Virus record (IMG/VR): IMGVR_UViG_2636415525_000002
Location: 33,425 to 97,424 of that record
DNA length: 64,000 nt
Reading direction: 5' to 3' (one strand)
Source of the DNA: a virus
Lineage: Duplodnaviria > Caudoviricetes
Below the pieces are notes generated by a model that saw nothing but the letters and a program-made list of their open reading frames with translations, was not told the DNA's origin and made no database searches. This document shows positions 56,519 through 64,000 of this stretch, in pieces. Within the stretch, counting starts at the first letter, position 1, and every line of letters starts with the position of its first letter. A program made the translations under genes and the position numbers.

Positions 56519-57820
56519 GTGCCGCTGGCCCACAAGGCCACCGCCATGCGCAATGAGGAAACCGGCCGCCAGCGTGCGGAAAGGTCCAGCGCAGTTTCCC
56601 AGCTGAGAAATCGGCCGGGCGACGTAGATCGCACGATACCTCCGGCTGGGCGTGGTACCAGAACTTCAACAATGGCAACCAGAACAACAACCACCAGAAC
56701 AACGAGTTGCGCGCCCGCGCCGTCCGCAGATCGAGGGCCAATTTCGTTCGCCGAGCTGGTCGAAGCGTATCTCGACTGCCGGCGAACGAAGCGAAACAGC
56801 AATGCAGCGCTCGCGTTCGAAATGCGGCTCGAACGCAACCTGCGCCGCCTGTACGACGAGCTGGTCGACGGCAGCTACACGCCCGGCCGCTCGAAGTGCT
56901 TCGTCATCACGAGACCGAAGCCGCGCGAGGTTTGGGCGGCAGCGTTTCGCGATCGCATCGTGCACCACCTACTTTACAACCGGATCGGCCCGCGCTTCGA
57001 GCGGTCGTTCATCGCCGACTCGTGCGCCTGCATCAAGGGGCGCGGCACCCTGTACGCCGCGCAGCGACTCGAATCGAAGGTGCGTTCGATCACGCAGAAC
57101 TGGTCGAAACGCGCGTTCTATCTGAAGTGCGATCTCGCGAACTTCTTCGTCAGCATCGACAAGCGGATCCTGCTCGACCTGCTGCTCGCGAAGATCTCCG
57201 AGCCATTCTGGCGCGCGCTGACCGAGCGCGTGCTGATGCACGATCCACGGGCCGACTTCGAATACCACGGCGACCCGGCAATGATGGAGCTCGTGCCGCC
57301 CCATAAACGGCTGCTCGAACAGGCGCCGGACCTCGGCCTGCCGATCGGGAACCTATCGAGCCAGTTCTTCGCGAACGTCTACCTCGACGTGCTCGACCAG
57401 CGCGCGAAGCACGTGCTCGGCGCTCGGCACTACATCCGATACGTCGACGACTTTGTGTTCCTGCACGCCTCGCCGGCGCGCTTGAACGAGATCCTCGCCG
57501 ATGTCACGGATTTCCTGCCGGAACAGCTCGGCGCTCGGATCAATCCACGCAAGACCATCCTGCAGCCGATCGACCGCGGCATCGACTTCGTCGGACAGGT
57601 CATCAAGCCGTGGCGCCGGGAGACGCGGAAGCGAACGCGCAATGAAGCGTTGCGGCGCATCGCCGAAACACCGGCCACCGACCTTATGCCCGTTGCAAAT
57701 TCGTATTTTGGCCTGCTGCGCCAGGCGACCGCTAGCCATCACGACCGAGCGGGGCTGGCGAATCTTCTCCGGTCACTCGGCAAAGCCGTCGATCGCGACC
57801 TCACCAAGACTTTCGGCTAA
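56519..57820 (+). CDS. DGR reverse transcriptase (start uncertain; possibly ATG 56672)
   Basis: PKPREV...FRDRIVHH, KCDLANFF.SID, GLPIGNLSSQFFANVYL, YIRYVDDFV, GIDFVG. Confidence 0.96.
   Translation: MPLAHKATAMRNEETGRQRAERSSAVSQLRNRPGDVDRTIPPAGRGTRTSTMATRTTTTRTTSCAPAPSADRGPISFAELVEAYLDCRRTKRNSNAALAFEMRLERNLRRLYDELVDGSYTPGRSKCFVITRPKPREVWAAAFRDRIVHHLLYNRIGPRFERSFIADSCACIKGRGTLYAAQRLESKVRSITQNWSKRAFYLKCDLANFFVSIDKRILLDLLLAKISEPFWRALTERVLMHDPRADFEYHGDPAMMELVPPHKRLLEQAPDLGLPIGNLSSQFFANVYLDVLDQRAKHVLGARHYIRYVDDFVFLHASPARLNEILADVTDFLPEQLGARINPRKTILQPIDRGIDFVGQVIKPWRRETRKRTRNEALRRIAETPATDLMPVANSYFGLLRQATASHHDRAGLANLLRSLGKAVDRDLTKTFG
56641..56731 (+). repeat. DGR template repeat (TR)
   Basis: 8 AAC plus 1 AAT codons in the VR frame; 14-nt GC-only tract GCGCGCCCGCGCCG; diverges from VRs after ...CGCAGAT. 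Confidence 0.96.
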
Positions 57821-57870
57821 GCCGAGCACCCAGCCATTGAGGCTTGATCTACTGATTTAGAGGATGCCAC

Positions 57871-58977
57871 GTGGCCGCGTACTACAACGAGCACGACCCA
57901 TACGCCGTGCAGTGGCTGCGCAACCTGATCGCCGCTGGGCACATCGCACCGGGCGACGTCGACGAACGGAGCATTGAGGATGTCCGACCTGATGACCTGC
58001 GAGCCTACGACCAGTGCCATTTCTTCGCCGGAATCGGTGTCTGGTCGCACGCGCTTCGACGCGCCGGCTGGCCTGACGATCGATCTGTTTGGACTGGTTC
58101 CTGTCCGTGCCAACCTTTCTCCTCGGCAGGCAAAGGAGCTGGGTTTGATGACGAGCGGCACCTGTGGCCTGCGTGGTACTGGCTCATCGGCGAGTGCCGA
58201 CCTGCAGTCATCTTTGGAGAGCAGGTTGCGAGCTCGGCTGTCGAGCCTTGGATCGACCTTGTACACGCTGACATGGAAGCGCTGGACTACCCCTTCGGGT
58301 GTGTCCCGTTTCCGTCTGCGGGCGTCGGCTCCCCGCACATCCGAGACCGGGTGTACTGGATGGCCTACGCCCACGGCCGCACTCGCGGAAAAGGGCATCC
58401 GCACGTTCGAGGGCGGGTTGATCGAGGCGATGCGCAATCACGGGCCAGATCTCGCAGCGGCCGCATGTCTGGCCGGTTGGCCGACTACGACCAGCACGGA
58501 CGCGGTGCGCATGCCGTCACCGGACTTCATGACGTCGAACGTGACGCTGAATCACGCTGCAGTTCTGGCGGGCTGGCCGACGCCGACGTCGACGGACTTC
58601 AAGGGTGCACCGTCGAAGCCATACGCCGAACGGGGCGGCGGCAAGAAGGGCATGCGATTGGACGCAGCGGCGCATCACTGGCTGACGGCTTCGAGCGAAT
58701 CGAGCCAGCCGGCCCGACTAACGGCGTCTGGCGAGATGCTGACTGGTTGCTCTGCCGGGATGGAAAGTGGCGGCCAGTTGAACCCGGCACATTCCCGCTG
58801 GTTGATGGGACTGCCGGTAGCGTGGGACGAGTGCGCGCCGATCAAGAACGCCTCGCCGCGCTACGACCGCGCAAAGACCAAGGCAGCTGCACGGGCCGAC
58901 TCCGAGGATACGGCAACGCGATCAACGCCGAAGCGGCGACGCAATTCATCCTCGCCGCGCGAGACATCCTGAACTGA
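57871..58977 (+). CDS. C5-cytosine DNA methyltransferase (alpha-like polypeptide)
   Basis: FFAGIG (I), SCPCQPFS (IV), EQV (VI), HIRDRVY (VIII), RGYGNAI (X); motif IX absent. Confidence 0.9.
   Translation: MAAYYNEHDPYAVQWLRNLIAAGHIAPGDVDERSIEDVRPDDLRAYDQCHFFAGIGVWSHALRRAGWPDDRSVWTGSCPCQPFSSAGKGAGFDDERHLWPAWYWLIGECRPAVIFGEQVASSAVEPWIDLVHADMEALDYPFGCVPFPSAGVGSPHIRDRVYWMAYAHGRTRGKGHPHVRGRVDRGDAQSRARSRSGRMSGRLADYDQHGRGAHAVTGLHDVERDAESRCSSGGLADADVDGLQGCTVEAIRRTGRRQEGHAIGRSGASLADGFERIEPAGPTNGVWRDADWLLCRDGKWRPVEPGTFPLVDGTAGSVGRVRADQERLAALRPRKDQGSCTGRLRGYGNAINAEAATQFILAARDILN
57980..58972 (+). CDS. Nested +1-frame ORF, putative MTase beta polypeptide
   Basis: Three GWPT(P/T) repeats and motif IX-like [18 protein letters not shown]. 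Confidence 0.7.
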   Translation: MSDLMTCEPTTSAISSPESVSGRTRFDAPAGLTIDLFGLVPVRANLSPRQAKELGLMTSGTCGLRGTGSSASADLQSSLESRLRARLSSLGSTLYTLTWKRWTTPSGVSRFRLRASAPRTSETGCTGWPTPTAALAEKGIRTFEGGLIEAMRNHGPDLAAAACLAGWPTTTSTDAVRMPSPDFMTSNVTLNHAAVLAGWPTPTSTDFKGAPSKPYAERGGGKKGMRLDAAAHHWLTASSESSQPARLTASGEMLTGCSAGMESGGQLNPAHSRWLMGLPVAWDECAPIKNASPRYDRAKTKAAARADSEDTATRSTPKRRRNSSSPRETS

Positions 58978-58989
58978 GGACCAAACACC

Positions 58990-60702
58990 ATGACGACCAC
59001 CGAAAATAGCCGCGCTGATGCGCTGACGGACGACGAGATCGACGCAATTTACGAGCGCGTTCATGCCGAATGGGAAGCGCGCAACAAGTGCGCTCCGAAC
59101 TTGTGGGTCGCGTTCGCCCGCGCCATCCTCGCCGCATCCCCTGTCGAGAAGCCCGCACCCTCGCTGATCGACGAGGATGCCGAGGTTCCTCCGATCATGT
59201 ACAACGGCGACACCAAGCGTGATCCCGCGCTGCGCGAACTGCTTGCACGACAAGCCACGCGCCATGTGCTGACCAATTCGCGCGGAGACAGTAAGCAGCC
59301 CGCAGCAGCGCCGATCGATGCCGCAAAGGCGGTAAAGTGGGTAGACGGATGCACTGAAGAACACTGCCACCGTTGCCGGACACCTCAAAACCTGCGTACG
59401 CCCGATATGCAACATGCGGGTATCGGTTCGTACCCGCCACTCGGATGGTACTCGGCCAAATCCACCGCACAACCCGCCCCCGCGCCGGCGGACGAGCGGG
59501 CGGCGTTCGAGGCATTCGCGCGCGGCATCCGAATGGACGTCAGCGTGAGCTTGGAGGGGCATTACACAGATGCCGCTACAGCGTACGCTTGGGCGGCATG
59601 GCGTACCCGCGCCGCATCTGCCAACGAGACGGGGGCGGAAGGGGTTGCTTGGTACGACCGCTGGAAGGCCGAATGCACGCGCGACCATGGGGAGTACGAT
59701 GAGAGCGCGCCGATTGCGGATCGGCTTCGCTGGTGGGTACCGAAGTCAGCGAGACATGGGACCATACTGCTCGAAGATGATCTCCGCGAAGCGGCGGACA
59801 CACTCTCCCGCTCGCCCGCTATGGCGGCGGAAGCGGTGGCGATCCCGGCCGGCTATGCGCTCGTGCCGATCGAGCCGACCGAGGAAATGATTGCTGTGGG
59901 CGTCGGGAAAGGCGACGCCGATTTCTACGGCGATGCATTGGTCAAGGCCGAGGTCCGCTCCGACTATCAGGCCATGATCGCCGCTGCACCGCCCCTCGTT
60001 CGATACCAGATTCTCACGGAAGAAGGCGGATGGCTCGACGTGCCGCAGGCGTACTACGAGCGCTTCAAGAGCGACGCCACGCTTACGCGCGTCGTCAACC
60101 TGATGCAGCCGACGGCAGCACACGATGAATCCAGCATCGAGAAGCACTTCGACGACTACGGGTTCTATCTGCATGGGTTCGAGGAAGAAGACCGGGAGGC
60201 GTTTTTCCAAGCTGCGCTGGCTCTCGCCGCCGCCCCCCAGCCAGCGCAGGCAGACGCTCGGGTCGGGCTGACGGCTGCTGCGCGCGCCACGATCATGGAC
60301 GCCTGCCAGAGCATCTCGCAGAATGCCGATGGCGTAAAAGCCGGATGTGCGATCGGCGATGAATGGCCGGACGCCGAGGACAAGGCGTTCTACGACGCAG
60401 AGCTGCAGTTGCTCGCTCGGCTGGTTGCCCTGCTCAACGATCCGGGCCAGCCGGAGCCGCGCGCCGAGGTGACGCATGGCGATACGACGATGGGCGAGTG
60501 CATGGCCAGTTTGCTTGATCGTCTCGAAGCGGCCGAGTTGTATGCGGATCGCTATCGCTACCTGCGCGAGCGCCCTCTGAATGCAGTCAGTGTCGGCGGT
60601 GTTTTCGCCGGCAAGACGCCCGACAACGTCGTGCTCAATGGCGCGGACCTCGACGCCGCCATCGACGCCGCCATCGACGCCGCCCGCGCAGGAGGTGCGT
60701 GA
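58990..60702 (+). CDS. Mosaic hypothetical phage protein
   Basis: 570 aa; GAGG RBS; typical phage modules (IPAGYALVPIEPTEEM, ADRYRYLR, DLDAAIDAA). Confidence 0.75.
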   Translation: MTTTENSRADALTDDEIDAIYERVHAEWEARNKCAPNLWVAFARAILAASPVEKPAPSLIDEDAEVPPIMYNGDTKRDPALRELLARQATRHVLTNSRGDSKQPAAAPIDAAKAVKWVDGCTEEHCHRCRTPQNLRTPDMQHAGIGSYPPLGWYSAKSTAQPAPAPADERAAFEAFARGIRMDVSVSLEGHYTDAATAYAWAAWRTRAASANETGAEGVAWYDRWKAECTRDHGEYDESAPIADRLRWWVPKSARHGTILLEDDLREAADTLSRSPAMAAEAVAIPAGYALVPIEPTEEMIAVGVGKGDADFYGDALVKAEVRSDYQAMIAAAPPLVRYQILTEEGGWLDVPQAYYERFKSDATLTRVVNLMQPTAAHDESSIEKHFDDYGFYLHGFEEEDREAFFQAALALAAAPQPAQADARVGLTAAARATIMDACQSISQNADGVKAGCAIGDEWPDAEDKAFYDAELQLLARLVALLNDPGQPEPRAEVTHGDTTMGECMASLLDRLEAAELYADRYRYLRERPLNAVSVGGVFAGKTPDNVVLNGADLDAAIDAAIDAARAGGA

Positions 60703-61085
60703 TGGTCGACTACGCACGTTTCCGCTCGATCGCCGAAGACCTGAAGGAAGGCGGCAACCACGTCGCCTCCGAGGCGATCGATGAACTTTTGACCAGCGCC
60801 ATGTCCGCACACGACGCCAAGCAGGAGGCCGCACGGAACGCCAAGCGCATCGCCGAACTGGAGGCGGCCCTCGAAATGGTCCACGGCATCCGATACCAGG
60901 AAATGCGTCTGCATCTGCCCGAAGGCGGACACGTCAGCCTGCGCTGGCCCGAGTCGATGTCGCTGGATAGCGCCGAGATGCTGCGCGAGGTGTTCGACCT
61001 GCAGATGAAGGCGCACGCGAAGTACATGGCAAATCGAGTCGCGACACCCGAGGCTGACACCGCCCGCACCGGAGCCTCATCATGA
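60699..61085 (+). CDS. Hypothetical phage protein
   Basis: GGAGG RBS; overlapping start/stop codons. Confidence 0.65.
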   Translation: MMVDYARFRSIAEDLKEGGNHVASEAIDELLTSAMSAHDAKQEAARNAKRIAELEAALEMVHGIRYQEMRLHLPEGGHVSLRWPESMSLDSAEMLREVFDLQMKAHAKYMANRVATPEADTARTGASS

Positions 61086-62080
61086 GCGAGAACAGCAAAA
61101 TCGAGTGGACCGACTCGACGTTCAATCCGTGGGAGGGCTGCCAGAAGGTCGGCCCCGGCTGCGACCACTGCTACGCCGAGTCGCGCAACGCGCGCTTCGC
61201 TGGCGGCACAGCCGTGAACTGGGGTGCCGGCGCACCGCGCCGCCGCACGTCGGCCGCAAACTGGCGCAAGCCGCTTCAGTGGAACCGCGACGGCACGTTC
61301 TACGCAATCCACGGCCGGCGCCGGCGCGTGTTCTGCGCGTCGCTTGCTGACGTGTTCGACAACGAGGTCGATCTGTTGTGGCGCCGCGACCTCTTTCGGC
61401 TGATCGCCGACACGCCGAATCTCGACTGGCTGCTGCTGACGAAGCGGATCGGCAACGTGCCGACGATGCTGCGGCATATCGGCGTCGACCGGCTGCCGGA
61501 TAACGTCTGGCTCGGCGCGACCATCGTCAACCAGGCCGAGGCCGAACGCGACATCCCGAAACTGCTCGCGGTGCCCGCGCGCGTGAGGTTCCTGTCGATG
61601 GAGCCGTTGCTTGGTCCCGTCGACCTGACGATCCTGAAGACCAAGGTCGACGGAATTGAATGCGCGCACAACGCGCTCACCAACAGCGTGTGGCATCCGC
61701 TGTGGGAAGGGCCGGAAAGCCTTGGCGGCAACGGAATCGACTGGGTAATCGTCGGCGGCGAAAGCGGCCCCGGCGCGCGGCCGATGCATCCCGATTGGGC
61801 CCGCTCGCTGCGCGACCAATGCGCGGCTACGGGCGTCGCCTTCCACTTCAAGCAACACGGTGAATGGGCGCCAGGCTCCGGTGACTTCGGTGCTGGCCGC
61901 TTCGAAACTGCGGCGATCGCGCTCGACGGCAAGGTCGCAGTGGGCAGCTACAGCGTTGGGGACTACCCGCGCGGGTCCACGAGCGGCTATGGCTGGTCCA
62001 TGGTTCACCGCGCAGGCAAGCGCGCTGCCGGCCGACACCTCGACGGCCGCACGCACGATGAATTCCCGGAGGCACGATGA
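61082..62080 (+). CDS. Gp37/Gp68 (DUF5131) family protein
   Basis: IEWTDSTFNPWEGCQKVGPGCDHCYAE, LLLTKR, SMEPLLG, WVIVGGESG. Confidence 0.9.
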   Translation: MSENSKIEWTDSTFNPWEGCQKVGPGCDHCYAESRNARFAGGTAVNWGAGAPRRRTSAANWRKPLQWNRDGTFYAIHGRRRRVFCASLADVFDNEVDLLWRRDLFRLIADTPNLDWLLLTKRIGNVPTMLRHIGVDRLPDNVWLGATIVNQAEAERDIPKLLAVPARVRFLSMEPLLGPVDLTILKTKVDGIECAHNALTNSVWHPLWEGPESLGGNGIDWVIVGGESGPGARPMHPDWARSLRDQCAATGVAFHFKQHGEWAPGSGDFGAGRFETAAIALDGKVAVGSYSVGDYPRGSTSGYGWSMVHRAGKRAAGRHLDGRTHDEFPEAR

Positions 62081-62697
62081 AAGAGCGCCCTATCCTGTTC
62101 AGCGGCCCGATGGTACGCGCCATTCTCGAAGGCCGGAAGACGCAGACGCGGCGAATCATATCGCCGCCAAACGGCTATCGGTGGCTCAACGTCGATGTCG
62201 GCACGATGGTCAACGATGGTGGCCACAAAAAGCACATCACCGATTTACCGCGGCGCCATGGCGTCGCGGGCGACCGGCTATGGGTGCGCGAGACGACATA
62301 CGACGTTGAACGGAACGGCTTCGTCGGACCGGTTTTTGTCGAATCGGATGAAGGCACGCACGCCGCGGCATGGGGCTGGGGCGAATCGGACGATCCCGAC
62401 TACGTCGAGCCGTACGAGCTGCGTAAGCGCCCCGCGATTCACATGCCCCGCTCGATGGCCCGCATCACGCTCGAAGTTATCGGCGTGCGTGCCGAGCGCC
62501 TGCAGAGCATCGAGTGGGACGAGGCGATCGCCGAAGGCATTCCCGATCCGCGGCGCGCCGGCCGCCGCGTCGATCCGGTGGAGGGCACCGTCGCGCAGTT
62601 CCGCCAGCTCTGGGACGGCCTGAACGCCGCTCGCGGCTATGGCTGGGACACGAACCCATGGGTGTGGCGTATCGAGTTCCGGAGGGTAAAAAAGTGA
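62077..62697 (+). CDS. ASCH/PUA-like phage protein
   Basis: MVRAILEGRKTQTRR, GDRLWVRET, IHMPR, NPWVW. Confidence 0.8.
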   Translation: MKERPILFSGPMVRAILEGRKTQTRRIISPPNGYRWLNVDVGTMVNDGGHKKHITDLPRRHGVAGDRLWVRETTYDVERNGFVGPVFVESDEGTHAAAWGWGESDDPDYVEPYELRKRPAIHMPRSMARITLEVIGVRAERLQSIEWDEAIAEGIPDPRRAGRRVDPVEGTVAQFRQLWDGLNAARGYGWDTNPWVWRIEFRRVKK

Positions 62698-63035
62698 GCG
62701 AAGACAACGAAACCGCCCTCACCCTTCAGCAGGTCGCTGAGCGTATGCAGCTGTCGTACAGCACAGTTTTTGCCATGCGTAAGCAAATTGGATTTCGCCT
62801 GCCCGGCTCCCGGGTTTGGCGTGTCTGGCCGTCGCGGCTTGCCGGGCTAACAGAAAAACGCAACAATCTGACCCGGCTATCGCTGCGGGTCGGTGGAGAA
62901 AATGGATGTCAATCCGCAGACGTAAAGGCTCCGGGGTCTGGTTTATCGACCTCCGCACGCCAGGCGGCGAAAGAATTCGCCGCTCTACTGAAACAACGGA
63001 CAGGCGGGCAGCGCAGGAATACCACGACCGGCTGA
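62694..63035 (+). CDS. Excisionase-like HTH protein
   Basis: GTG start; LTLQQVAERMQLSYSTV; overlaps int. Confidence 0.7.
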   Translation: MSEDNETALTLQQVAERMQLSYSTVFAMRKQIGFRLPGSRVWRVWPSRLAGLTEKRNNLTRLSLRVGGENGCQSADVKAPGSGLSTSARQAAKEFAALLKQRTGGQRRNTTTG

Positions 63036-64000
63036 AGGCCGATCTGTGGCGGCAAGACAAGTTGGGGGAGGTGCCGGATCGCATTTTCGAAGAAGCCGCG
63101 ATGCGGTTTTTGAAGTTGTGCGAGGGTCAGCGTGACTATGCCGGGAAGTTGAGGCACATCACATACTGGGGAGAGCAATTTGCCGGTCGCTCGATCCGGG
63201 CCATCACGGCCGACGAGATTTTCGATGCACTTCCCACGCATCGACTGATCAAGGGAAAGCCGGCACGCCCATTGGAGCCCGGCACGCGCAACCGATACGT
63301 CAACACCATTCGGCGCATGCTGAACCTGTGCCAGGAATGGGGATGGATCGATCGCGTGCCGAAGCTCCAGCGGTTCGAAGAGCCTGACGTGCGGGTGCGC
63401 TGGGAGCCGCCGGCGGTCATCATGGCGATGATCAACGCGTTGCGTCTGCCGTGGATGCGCGACGCGGCGATCGTCGCCGTAGCGACCGGGATGCGCGAGT
63501 CGGAGCTGTTCGGTCTGCGCGTCTCGCAACTCGATCTCGCGCAGTGCAACGCGTGGATCACGCACGAGGGTGCGAAGTCAAAGCGCGCCCGGTCGGTGCC
63601 ACTAAACGAGGATGCGATGAGCGTGCTCGAGCGGAGAGCCCGGACGGCAACGGATCTCGTCTTTACGCGCGGATACACGCGCGGCGACGGGCCGCCAAAA
63701 CTGATCGGGCAGATCGACAAGAGGGACTTCGCGCAGGCGTGCAAGACGGCCGGGATGGCCGACTTCAACTGGCACGACCTGCGGCACACCTGGGCAAGCT
63801 GGCACGTGCAGCGCGGCACGCCGCTGATGGTCTTGAAGGAGTTGGGCGGCTGGGAGACGGTTGCGATGGTGCAGAAGTACGCGCACCTCGCGCCCAGCCA
63901 TCTGGCGCAGCACGCAGGCACGGTCACATTTTGGGCGCAGTCGGCCGAGCAGAAAGAAAAAACGCCGCTGTCGGAGGCGGCGCAATCCCTTGCTGCATAA
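62906..64000 (+). CDS. int: Tyrosine integrase
   Basis: TGMRESEL, AKSK, WHDLRHTWASW, LGGW, KYAH. Confidence 0.95.
   Translation: MSIRRRKGSGVWFIDLRTPGGERIRRSTETTDRRAAQEYHDRLKADLWRQDKLGEVPDRIFEEAAMRFLKLCEGQRDYAGKLRHITYWGEQFAGRSIRAITADEIFDALPTHRLIKGKPARPLEPGTRNRYVNTIRRMLNLCQEWGWIDRVPKLQRFEEPDVRVRWEPPAVIMAMINALRLPWMRDAAIVAVATGMRESELFGLRVSQLDLAQCNAWITHEGAKSKRARSVPLNEDAMSVLERRARTATDLVFTRGYTRGDGPPKLIGQIDKRDFAQACKTAGMADFNWHDLRHTWASWHVQRGTPLMVLKELGGWETVAMVQKYAHLAPSHLAQHAGTVTFWAQSAEQKEKTPLSEAAQSLAA

Larger units (their letters stand above)
55250..57820 (+). mobile_element. Diversity-generating retroelement cassette (target 2, target 1, avd, TR, RT)
   Basis: All canonical components present with adenine-specific TR/VR mismatches. 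Confidence 0.96.
6140..64000. mobile_element. Temperate contractile-tailed prophage (extends past right edge)
   Basis: att fragment; lysis, baseplate, sheath, tube, capsid, portal and terminase genes; cI/cro; recombination genes; xis-int. Confidence 0.95.

Noticed and set aside
47580-56731. CRISPR array
   Set aside because: The repeats are dispersed 91-bp coding segments without spacer periodicity; the Cas4-like exonuclease sits in a recombination operon.
56519-57820. Group II intron or retron RT
   Set aside because: The IGNLSSQ signature, adjacent avd and A-specific TR/VR pairs identify a DGR; no maturase/endonuclease extension is evident.

Overview
High-GC, Burkholderia-like DNA. From ~6140 to beyond 64000 it holds a nearly complete temperate contractile-tailed prophage. 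Its left end is a duplicated 3' fragment of tRNA-Arg(TCT) and its right end carries xis/int. Lysis, tail, head, packaging, replication and immunity modules lie on the minus strand, with an early/recombination operon on the plus strand. Bases 1-6139 belong to a separate satellite/island-like element interrupted by an IS66, and an ISL3 sits in the tail operon. The standout is a diversity-generating retroelement (avd, TR 56641-56731, reverse transcriptase) in the early operon. It has three variable repeats in small stand-alone DUF1566/CLec-like genes rather than in the tail fibre, one of them ~9 kb away. All 37 TR/VR mismatches fall at TR adenines. Also notable: a C5 methyltransferase with a nested +1-frame ORF carrying motif IX, a non-cleavable repressor opposed by a LexA-box-controlled gene, a TPR-like/HEPN moron, a putative head-associated BECR/LPD3-like protein with a convergent structured RNA, and an SGNH plus acyltransferase-3 moron. 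Family assignments come from motif recognition, not database searches.
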